Shown one piece after another: positions 38,369 to 49,444 of a stretch of DNA of 64,000 nt. The notes below the pieces were generated by a model that saw only the letters and a program-made list of their open reading frames with translations, was not told the origin of the DNA and made no database searches. The translations under genes and the position numbers were made by a program. Each line of letters begins with the position of its first letter. Position 1 is the first letter of the stretch. This DNA is from Octopus vulgaris. Its lineage: Eukaryota. The stretch lies in NCBI GenBank assembly GCA_951406725.2, contig OX597835.1, positions 50,344,001-50,408,000 of the forward strand, in the 5' to 3' direction.

Positions 38369-40016
38369 TTATATTTGAAGAGGATCATTTTCTTTTTGTC
38401 GTCAAATAAACACCTGCACACTGTATTCGTTCTTCTCTTGTTTCTCTTCTTATTTTATCTCATGTTCATTGTCTGGAAATTGTAGTGAAGTCACCTGTGC
38501 TGGGGACTCGTAAAAAGCACCGTCCAAACATGGCAGATGCCAGTGCCGCCTGACTGGCGTCCGTGTCGCTGACACGTAAAAGCACCAACTGATTGTGGCC
38601 GTTTGCCAGCCTGCTCTGGCCCCTATGCTGGTGGCACGTAAAAAGCACCCACTACACTCACGGAGTGGTTGGCGTTTGGAAGGGCATCCAGCTGTAGAAA
38701 CACTGCCAAATCAGACTGGAGCCTGGTGCAGCCTTCATGGCTTACCAAACCCCAGTCGAACCGTCCAACCCATGCTAGCATGGAAAACGGACGTTAAATA
38801 ATGATGATGATGTTCATTATCTGGAAATCTTTGGTCCCACATCTGTGACCTCTTCAGCAACCCTTTCTGTCCACATGTGTCTTCCAGCTCTGCTTAATCC
38901 ATTCTGTCCTTCCATGATGTATTTCCTTATCTGTGCATGCAGCTGCATCTGCTGCTTCTCTTGACCCTTATTTTTGATATTGTTCTTGTATCCCTCTGCG
39001 TCTGTGTGTTCATTCACACTGCTGCCATCATGGTTGTTGTTGTTCGCATTGTTGTGGCTGTTAGTGAAGTTACTGTATGTGGGTTCATCCTACATACTAT
39101 ACAATTGTTCTCCATAGAGGTTAACTGTAAGATTAGGAATAGAGTCTATAGTTTATAGTGTACTGAAGGATGGTGCAGAAACAAGACAACAACTAACTTT
39201 GTGGAGATGGCACACAGCACAGGGGAGCAACTAGGCCAACACTGGCAGGAGCTCAAAGAGAAGAAAAGCTTGTCAGTGCTCTGCCAACATGCTCAGTCGA
39301 ACATAGAAGCTCGGTTAATAATACAGAGATTAAGGTACAGAGATTAATGCTTAGAACTGACACGATACAGATTACAGACTGAGCCTCCATAGAAAACATG
39401 AATGGAACAGTAACACTCGCCACCACCACCACCACCACCACCACATGATGAATAGAGACAGAAAGGAAGAATAAAACATACAGATACAAACGGTGTGATA
39501 GGCACACAGAACAAACATGCTCATACCTATGATGAATATATGAAATAAGAAATGGCGATACAAAGGTAAACAACAAGAAAATCTTTATAAAGGGCCCGGA
39601 TACAAACAACATTGAGTGCAAACCTGTAAACACACATACAGTAACTTCACTAATGGCTGCAACAACAACAACAACAACCACAATGGCAGAAGTGTGAATG
39701 AACACACAGACACAGAGGGATACAAGAACAATATCAAAAATAAGGGTCAAGAGAATCAGCAGCACATAGAGTTGCAGCTGCATGTGCAGATAAGGAAAGA
39801 GCATGATGGAAGGAGAGAATGGATTAAGTGGAGCAGGAAGACACAAGAGGATGGAAAGGGTCGCTGAAGAGGTCACACGTGTTATGAAAGATTCCTGGAC
39901 ATTGGACATAAGATAAAATAAGAATAGTAATAAATGAGTGAAGAAGGAATATATTGGGCATGTATTTATTTGACAAAAAAAGAAAAGAAAAAAATGACCA
40001 TCCCCCCGAAATATAA
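38369..40016. repeat. Long inverted repeat (arms of about 370-390 bp)
   Basis: 38369-39085, excluding the RTE-tail insert, is the reverse complement of 39628-40016, roughly 80% identical by eye. Confidence 0.85.
38481..38809 (+). mobile_element. RTE-tail insertion with a 19-bp TSD
   Basis: atgttcattgtctggaaat at 38462-38480 and atgttcattatctggaaat at 38810-38828. Confidence 0.85.
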
Positions 40017-40070
40017 TAAATCATTTTTCTTTTTTTGTGTGTGTGTAGCAACTGGGAAAGACTTTCACAT

Positions 40071-40103
<33 letters not shown>

Positions 40104-40621
40104 TACTGAGTTAAGGTCAGCACCGGATGTGAGGAACTACATATATATATCCACCTAAAATAATTAGTGAAAGCATGGTACATATCACTCGGTCATACTC
40201 CTTTGTGAGTGACAGCTATGGTTTTATATGTGCATGGGTGTGTGTGTGTGCATGTGTGGGTGCATGCGTGTATGTGTGTGTGTGTGTGTGGAGAGAGAGA
40301 ACAGATATGGCCTAGTGCCCTGGCTTACTGTATCACAGTTAAACTTATTATTATTATTATTATCATTATTTAAGATGGTGCACTGGCAGAATCATTAGCA
40401 TGCCAGGTGAATTGCTAAACAGTATTTCACCTGTTGCTATGTTCTGGGTTCAAATTCCTCCAAGATTGACTTTGCTTTTCACCCTTTCAGGGTTGATAAA
40501 TTAAATACCAGTGAAACACTGGGGTCAAGGAAATCAACTAGTCCCCTCTCCCAAAATTTCAGGCCTTGTGCCTTTAGTAGAAAGGATTATTATTATTACT
40601 ATTATTATTATTATTATTATA

Positions 40622-40669
<48 letters not shown>

Positions 40670-40928
40670 GTTATTATTAGTTGTAGTAGTAGTATTTAAG
40701 GCAGTGAGCTGGCAGAATCCTTAGCATGCCAGGCATAATGCTTAATGGTATTTCACCCGTTTCTTTGGTCTGAGTTCAAATTCCACCAAGGTCAACTTTG
40801 TCTTTCATGGGTGATAAATTAAGCATCAGTGAAACACTGGGGTCGATGTAATTAACTAGTTCTCCCCCATCAAATTTGAGGCCTTGTGCCTCCAGTAGAA
40901 AGGGTTATTATTGTTATTATTATTATTT

Positions 40929-41303
40929 TGGTTCGGCTCAGGTTTGGTCTTATTCCTTGTAGGAATTATGTGGGTAGTGGGTTACTACCTGTAACCTTAG
41001 ATATGCCCAAGTTTTCAGCAATTTTTCAAGTGCTTAGAACCCTCCTGATAATCCTTGCTATCCTTAAGAGACAAACTTTCTGTAGGAGCTCTGCCAGGCA
41101 TTTTATTCCAATCTCCTCCAGCCATTTTCTGTATCTTTGCTTACTATTCTCAACACACCAATTATTATAGGCACAACCATTACTGTTCTTCACATGCTCC
41201 AAATTCTTCCTATTTCAAAATTTAGGAGATTGTATTTTTTTTATTTTCTTCCTCTTTATGATCCTAGAATCAAACAAGCATGATGGGTCAATAAGTAAGC
41301 AAC
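40929..41303 (-). mobile_element. 5'-truncated R4/Dong-like retrotransposon, family 3 (decayed)
   Basis: CLLIDPSCLFDSRI...KYNLLNFEIGRIWSM...VVPIIIGVL...LLQKVCLLRIARIIRRVLST*; TTA repeats on both sides. Confidence 0.75.
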
Positions 41304-41556
41304 TTATTATTGTTGTTGTTGTTGTCATCATCATCATCAACAACAACAAGGTGATAAAATCTGGCAAAATCATTAGCACGCTGGCCAAAATGCTGAGTAG
41401 TATTTCATCTGTCTTCTGAATTTAAATTCTGCCACAGTTGACTTTGCCTTCCATGCTTTCAGAGTTGATAAAATAAGTACCAGCTGATCACTGGGATCGA
41501 TGTAATTGACTTACCCCATCCCCTGAAACTGCTGCCCTTGTGCCAAAATTTGAAAC

Positions 41557-41609
<53 letters not shown>

Positions 41610-41847
41610 GAGTGCTATTGTTATCAACTGAACAATATTTTGACATCTGGAGGAGTAACCTCAATCCTATTATTATTATTATTATTTACTTTTAATTTGC
41701 ATGTTTGTTACAATTACTTGCTGATCCTAGCATCCTAGGGTGAGTGGAGGATAAGAAGTGTTACAGTATGACTGAAAGCTTGGGGAGGGGAAGTGACAGG
41801 TGCAGTAGCGAAATATCTTCATGTGATGCAACACATAATTTAAATTG

Positions 41848-41896
<49 letters not shown>

Positions 41897-41988
41897 CATC
41901 ATCATCATCATGCATGCATCTTCAGAAAATAAAAAAAAAAGAATTCTCTGATTTCTAACATCCAAATATTTTTATGGCACATTTTCAG

Positions 41989-42126
41989 CATTCTCTATCA
42001 GAATTGACCGCATTTTTCCAATTTCCTAATCTAAGAGCCGAAATGAAGAATTCAGCAGTTGAAAGTCTCCAACAAGTTATCTCTTACAGTCGCCTGAGTT
42101 TACAATATGCCATTCAACAACACAAG
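41989..42126 (+). CDS. VPS13: VPS13 exon 14
   Basis: ttttcag acceptor; HSLSELTAFFQFPNLRAEMKNSAVESLQQVISYSRLSLQYAIQQHK (conserved LxYAIxxHK); GTTAGT donor. Confidence 0.92.
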
Positions 42127-42363
42127 GTTAGTTTATTGAAGAATGAGGCTTTTAGTTCAGATTAAACTGATTCAAGTTACTGCCAAAAGGTTTACCGAAT
42201 TTAATATACTTCTAATGAAATGCACTCTGTATTTGAATTAATCTTCAAAAGAAGAAAGAATTTAGAAAGATTTCATAAAATAACTGTTTATCACTCTAAA
42301 GCTAATGTCTCCTTTTCTCTTTTGTTCTTCTCTCTTACTTCTTTTCTTCTCTTTTCTCTCTCC

Positions 42364-42410
<47 letters not shown>

Positions 42411-42754
42411 GCTTTGGCTTTGCCATTCCTTGATGACATACAAATGAATATCAAAGCACCTGGGCCGACTGTAGTGGTTAAAAGGTTGTATGATGGTGTC
42501 CCAGTGTAGCCACAATCCAACGACTGAAAAACTAGCAAAAGATTGAAAATAAAAACAGGAAATAAATGTTTTTTGTTTGTACTTCATTCTACAATTCCTG
42601 TCTATAACAGTTTCATTCATATTTGAATACAGTGCTTGTTTTATGAGTCTGTTTTCCTTTACTTTTGTGTGGGGGTGTGTAGGGGCTCCTTTTTGAATGG
42701 TTTATTTTCTTATATCTTTTACATGTTGTATATGTGTTCTTCCATATATTGTAG

Positions 42755-42822
42755 ACAATACATGTGTCTGTGAATATGAGATCACCTTACATGGTCATAC
42801 CAGAATATGGATCATTGCAGAA
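42755..42822 (+). CDS. VPS13: VPS13 exon 15
   Basis: tgtag acceptor; TIHVSVNMRSPYMVIPEYGSLQ (conserved PYxxIPxxG); GTAAGA donor. Confidence 0.9.
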
Positions 42823-42935
42823 GTAAGATTTTTTTCTAATATTTAAAGCATCTTTTTTTGTCTTAAGAAATGCAATATTTCAGATGCATTTTTTAAATCT
42901 TAAGATGGGAGACCATCACATACACAAACACATGC

Positions 42936-42974
<39 letters not shown>

Positions 42975-43129
42975 CACCTGAAAATGATTGCATCAGCCGT
43001 AGAGTAACAAGTCACAGATTATTAGCCAGGAATATGGCAGGTGCAAAATGTCAGTGACTCTAAAAGATGCACATGGTGAATGTAGTGTGGTAATCCAAAT
43101 AGATTAAATGGTGGCACAAAATGATTTTA

Positions 43130-44050
43130 AAAAGAATCTTCAGCAGGTATAAAGTCTGACAGCTGTTTCAAGAAAATATAGGTTGGTATAGTCGAGTTAA
43201 TTCCAACCATAACAATCATCTACATTTCTCTCATCAGAGTTAACCTAAGAGGATTTATAAAAGAGTTATTTAAATCTTAAAGTTTTAAGTGGCATGAGAA
43301 ATTTAGGAATTTAAAAAATTTGAATGCTGTGTCAGAACATACTTTTCAGGCGAATGATATAATAAGAGTTAAATTTACATGTTTAAATAGATTATGAATC
43401 TATAGATAATGTTGTTTTAAGATGAATCCAAATGCAGAAAGGGTAAATAGGTTAAAATCATATAAACTAATTATTTTTGGAAAAAAATTTACAAGTTGAT
43501 AAATATTTATGTCTACAAAGAATAAAGTCATACGAGATCTTATTAGGTAAAATGTTTTTGTCAGCACAGAGTATATTGATTGATTCTTTTGTGCATAATT
43601 TACAATTTCTGGTGTGTATATTGTATGGTGTGGTTTCCGTGGTAATAGGCCAATCCAAACTGAATTATTTATTATGCATTTTTAATTTATTAATGCAGAT
43701 CGCTGGTGCAGTTGAGTTTTTTGTTTCTTGATTAATAAATGAATTTGTGTGCCTCCATATCTAGTCATTAAGTCAGGTGTACTTCCTATGTATATCTTCT
43801 TTGATTTATTAAGGGTTCAAACCTCAACTTTATGCACAACATTTCTCCTTAAACAGAATCCTTTTAAGGAACATAAATCCTGGTTATGGCAGTTACATAT
43901 TTTATTTCCATGCTTTGTCTTTATATTTTTAATATCAGAAAAAATAATCCTAAAAAAAATAATGCTAAAAAATAGTTTAGGGAGATTACTGAGTTGGAGG
44001 GAAAAAGTCTGGGTGAATCAAATAATTTCCCATTTCATCACTTTCTTGAC
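43130..44050 (-). mobile_element. Penelope-like element 3' remnant (GIY-YIG endonuclease plus downstream hammerhead)
   Basis: CNCHNQDLCSLKGFCLRRNVVHKV...KIYIGST...RY and CKLCTKE...NK...CRH; abuts (TA)n. Confidence 0.75.
43145..43246 (-). ncRNA. Hammerhead ribozyme motif of the Penelope-like element (partly decayed)
   Basis: CUGAUGA-GAGAAAUGUAG...CUAUAUUUUCUU-GAAAC-AGCU-GUC|AG; stem II about 11 bp, palindromic loop III, imperfect stem I. Confidence 0.65.
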
Positions 44051-44066
44051 TTTATATATATATATT

Positions 44067-44113
<47 letters not shown>

Positions 44114-44368
44114 AGATTCAGATGAATATGGTACTTAAGTTGAGGCACCAGAATTTAATATTTAATATTATCCCTACAATTTCAAAGTAAGATGATTTTT
44201 TGACAGGCAGAGTCTGTAACAATGTATATCTTCTGGGAAAATTCAGTAACTTCTAAACTGGAGTGAGACAGCATGTTCTTTGTCTATCTCCTTAACTTCT
44301 TGGAGATTTTAGGTATAATTATACTAATGTGTCCGTCTGTTCTAATTTAATTAAATTCTATGTCTTTG

Positions 44369-44455
44369 TGCAACTGAAGATTGCTCTGCATTCTAAAGTG
44401 ATGTAATGATTGCATTGTTCAATTAAATGGAGTTGCATGAAACCATCGTACTGCA
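44369..44455 (+). ncRNA. Degenerate hammerhead motif
   Basis: UGCAA-CUGAAGA...GAAAC-CAUC-GUA|CUGCA; lies about 35 nt before a (TA)n tract. Confidence 0.5.
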
Positions 44456-44510
44456 TTACCTCTGGATATCCTTGTTGCTTATTTTGATTATATATATATA
44501 TGTATGTATG

Positions 44511-44542
<32 letters not shown>

Positions 44543-44815
44543 TGTATGTATGCATGCATGCATGCTTGCATGCATGCATGTATGTATTTTTAAGTGCATA
44601 CATACATAGAATAAACCAACTCACGAGGAAATTAAATTGAACTACAAAAATTAAAATATTGTTACCATTCATGGAATGAATAGTATGTGTGTGTGTGTGT
44701 GTGTGTGTGCATGTGCTTGTTTATACACATATACATATATATATGTGTGTGTGTGTGTGTGCATGTATTTCTATATAATACTCATGTGATATTTTCTTCC
44801 TCTCGTTTGAAACAG

Positions 44816-44894
44816 AGGTGGCTATGTATTGATTGTTGACTTTGGTACATTGACTCTGGAGAGTGAATTACAGCCCAAAAATGTTTCCCTCGAG
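44816..44894 (+). CDS. VPS13: VPS13 exon 16
   Basis: aacag acceptor; GGYVLIVDFGTLTLESELQPKNVSLE (conserved LIxDxGxL); GTAAGA donor. Confidence 0.92.
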
Positions 44895-45612
44895 GTAAGA
44901 TATAAAGGAATATAAATAAAAACATATTTAAGAAGTATGAAGTTACTTAAAAATTTACAGTTTGTTGATTTGGTTACAATAGAGAGTTTGTGGTGTCAAA
45001 AATATGGACATGGAATCCTTGTTATTCATCTGTAGAGCAGTGTTTCTCAACCACTTTTTACCTATGGATCCCTTTGATTCCTATTTTACTTGGATGTACC
45101 CTTGTAGTTATTCTATGGTCTAAAAAAAATAATTTATTTTTGTAATCAGATGTTAGAAATTGTATTAAAAAATTGTTAAAATATTTTGTGTATCATGGAA
45201 GTGTAACTAATCTATTGCAGATAAATTCTGACAATAAAATCTTATACTGACCCCTAAGAGCCACATGGACCTTGGTTGAGAACCGCTGTTGTAGAGGTTT
45301 GTTTATTATGTAAATAGATCAGTTCCTTTATAGACCACTGCTTAAAATTCCAGTGTCTGTAACATTAAGTTAACGGGAGGCAAATTTCACTGCTGGTTAG
45401 AATATTGTGTCATATGTAACCTCTTCCAAAGACTTGGTTCCTATTCTTCAGTTAAATATATCTTGTAATGATGAATTAATTAAGGTGTGTCTGTTGATGT
45501 TTTTGCTTTGTATTTCCATTTTTGAGACAGCAGTGATCAAGGTGGCCTATGATCAAAGGCATTCCATCTGTGAACATCCTGTCTTATTTTTGTTCAGACA
45601 CATCATCTAATT

Positions 45613-47090
45613 TTCGAGAACAGTGGAAAATTGCCAGTGTTATCCCTCTGTTCAAAAAAGGCAACCACACATCGCCTGTCAACTAGTCTTACTAGCTGCA
45701 TCGCCAAACTGATGGAATCCTGTATGAGAAACCCTCTGGAACTTCTGGAAGTCTCACAGCCTCATCCAGCTGTCACAATTTGGATTTATTCCTAACTCCA
45801 GCTGCTGTAATCAACTCATCGAGTTTCTTGAGGACATTACCCGAATCACTGATCGCGGATCCTGGGTGAATGTTGTTTACCTTGACTTTGCTAAGGCTTT
45901 CAATTCTGTGCCATACAAAAGACTTATGGTGAAGCTCTCTGCGTTGGGCGTAAGAGACAAACTCTATAACTGGTTGAAGTCCTTTATTTTCGGCCGAAAA
46001 GAGGTTGTCACAGTTCTAGGACAGCACTCTTCACCCTATGAGATGACATCTGGTGTACCACAGGGATCTGTTCTTGGCCCCCTTTTATTTGTTGCATATG
46101 TTAATGACATAGATGCCAACTTAAAGAATGCCACTGTGCTGAAATATGCAGATGACATCAAGCTGTACCTCAAAATAAAGAGGTCAGATCCTGTACACTA
46201 TAGATCTCTATTGCAATCAGACCTGGACACAATGCAGCAGTGGATCATGGAGTGGCAACTCAAGCTGGCTGTGGACAAATGTAACACCATGCATTTTGGT
46301 GTCTACTTACTCCCTCCACAACACTAATCTCAAAAAGTCTTCATGTGAACGTGACCCGGGTGTTATTGTCGACAGTGATTTGCGTTGGACAAAACACATC
46401 GCTAAAATTGTGAAGAAGGCTGAGGGTGTCTTGGTATCACTCACCAAATCCTTTGTGAGCCGCTCTCCGACTATCTTTCTGCGGCTTTATATAGCTATGG
46501 TAAGACCTCACCTGGAATTTGCATCACCGGTCTGGAACCCCTATCTTGCCCAGGATATCAATCGTCTGGAAGCCGTTCAGCGACATGCAACCAAAAGAAT
46601 ACCCTCCATCAGGCATTTGCCATATTCTGAACGCCTTACTTCCTTGGGCATGGACACATTGAAACTCCGATGTCTGGCAGCTGACTTGGCAGACACCCAT
46701 AAAATTATCAACCATCTTACAAACAATAACTCTGAGCACCTTTTCAAAATCCACCCGTCTAACACCCGTGGACATATTTTCAAAGTCAGAAAACAGCACA
46801 GCTCCCATGGCTTTCGGAAACATTTTTTCACGCTGAGAGTTGCTGAAGCATGGAACAAACTGCCGGCATCAGTTGTTAGTTGTCGGAGCACTGCATCCTT
46901 CAAGACTTCCATGCTTTCTGAGATTCACCAACACTACACCTGATTTTCTCCCCTCCATACACACACAAGCATGTATCTGACTCATGCATTCTTTGCTTTC
47001 CAGACATTTGTACATTACTGCATATACTCTATATGCACTTTCTGACAAGTTGTGGTGCACCTGATCACTGTATACAATAATTTCATTATT
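45613..47090 (+). mobile_element. CR1-type LINE, 5'-truncated (RT domain to 3' end)
   Basis: YLDFAKAFNSV, SGVPQGSVLGPLLF, KYADDIKL, VRPHLEFASPVWNP, LEAVQR, TRGH...K, FFTLRV..WN.LP; frameshifted. Confidence 0.9.
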
Positions 47091-48830
47091 ATAATTTATC
47101 TTAATATTATTTTTCTGTTTTTTTTTTTAAGATGGTAAGATTTGATTTGAGGAAAATTTCTATTACTATCAAGTTGAGTGACTGCTTAGATGTTCTGTCA
47201 TTGACTTGTCTATGATAGTTTTAACTACTAATCAATAATATTTCATTTCTTTTACATTGCCTATTTAATTAGAAAAGGCTTGAATAAAATGTCCAGACCT
47301 CTTAGGGAAAAGGTTTTGTATCTGTGTAAAAAACATCAATACTGTTAATTAGAATATTATTTCATAATCATTGATTAGTTCATCAATATGTTCTCCTACT
47401 TTATTTATCTAATTAAAAAAATCTTTTTTGTTATGCACCATTATTGTAGTTTAATTACCCTATTCTGTTATTCTCTATTCATTGATTTTATTCTATTATT
47501 CTCTATTCAATGACTATTCTATTATTTTCTCTCTTCAATTACTTTATTCTATTATTCCCTGTTCAGTTAATTTATTCCATTATTCTGACTAGTTAACTTA
47601 TTCTTTTAGTCATTGTTTGCAATTGACTTATGCTGTTATTACATTCCATTAATCTGCTCTGTTCAAATTTTTTTCCTAAAATTTCTTACTGTAACAGAAT
47701 AACTTCGAGAAATGGTGTCAGGTGAGAGAAGCACCTTCCTCTGCTTACTTTATAAAGCACGCCCGTAACAACATTTAGATTGCCCACAACTATTATTTAC
47801 CTTTAATAATGCCAACATCTAACTGGCAGTACCATTTTTGGCTAATTTTAGAGCCCTTATTTTTCCAGTTGTTATTTGAAAGAATGAATTTGTTTGGTTG
47901 GCTCAAAGTTTCATTGTTTCCTTATTGTTATCTTCCTTATATTATGTTGTGAAAACCTAAATAGATTTATGTTGTATGTTTAATGTCATAATAAAAGTAG
48001 ACACACCAGTGTTCTTTTATGCACATATATACACACACACACACGTGTGTGTATGTATGTAAATATGTATACACACACACACACACACACACACATATAT
48101 GTATATATAATATATATAAATGTATGTATGTGTATATTTATGAAGATCACTGTGGTATCAAACTTGAGCTGTGAGACAAACTGTCAGATTCAATTTAATT
48201 GAAAGGAAATAAGAAGTGATTTTTGAAAGTCTGAGGAATGCAGTCATAAAAAAATTAAATATGGATAAAAAGAAAGACGGCTCTTTTAACTTAAAGTATT
48301 TAATAATCTGACAGGACAAATGAAAATAGCTTTTTTAATTGTTTTTATTTATTTATTTTTGTTTTTGAAGAAGAACAGGAAAATGTCTCTGGTTGTTTGA
48401 TGTTTTCAGTCTGTCTGAGAAGATAAGACCACGCATGCTGAAGGGTGAAGAAAAGGGTAGATTTGTAAATTGTGTTTCTGTAATATGTCAATAGGTGGCA
48501 CCATCATCATTCAGCATCCATTTTCTATGCTGGTTTATCAACTCCAGTTTCACTGGAGCTGGCAAGGCTGGAGAGCTGCACCAGACTGCAGTCTGGTGTG
48601 GTTTCTATGGCTTGATGCCCTTCCTAATGCCAACCACTCTAGAAAGTGTACTCGGTGTCTTTTACACATTGCTAGCATTTGTGCCTTTTGCGTGTCACCA
48701 GCATGGGTGCTTATTGTGTTTCACCGGCACAGGTGCCTTTTACGTGTCACCAGCACTGGCCATGACCATGATCTCACTTAGCTTCTCAAGCACAGTAAAT
48801 CACCAGAAGTCTCAGTCATTTGCATACAGG

Positions 48831-48872
<42 letters not shown>

Positions 48873-49299
48873 TTTGGCTGGGGTCTACTGATTTTAGAGT
48901 CCTTATAACTAGAATTGAAAGAAGCCCATTGGTTGCTTGACCTCCTCCATACATTGCAAATTTTGATGCCACTTTCTCTTCACATATGTGACACACAAAA
49001 AATTCTACATAATTTACAACTCCGCTTTCTTCCCACATCAACAGCACATGGTGGTCTTACTATCTCATACAGACTCGAAATTGTAAAGAACTAAGGGGCA
49101 TCTTCTAATTCTCATCCCTCTTTGAAAAGGGGCATTAAATGCTTTAAAATAAAAATCGTAATTTTGTTTTGTTTTTTATTTAATTTTTCATCAACTTCAT
49201 TGTCATGGTTTCTAAATCACTGTTTTATGTATTTTTTAATGTTCTACTATGTTTCAAGCAAATTTAAATACTCTTCTGCACATATATACATACATACTT

Positions 49300-49334
<35 letters not shown>

Positions 49335-49407
49335 GTTTCATTATACTGTCAAAAAAGAAAATCTGTAAGTACTTATGATGGAAGTGTCATAGAAAAATCC
49401 TGTTAAT

Positions 49408-49444
<37 letters not shown>

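Noticed and set aside
39253-39909. 218-aa hydrophobic ORF on the - strand
   Set aside because: Overlaps the foldback arm and simple repeats; the frame is not preserved in the opposite arm; no recognisable domain.
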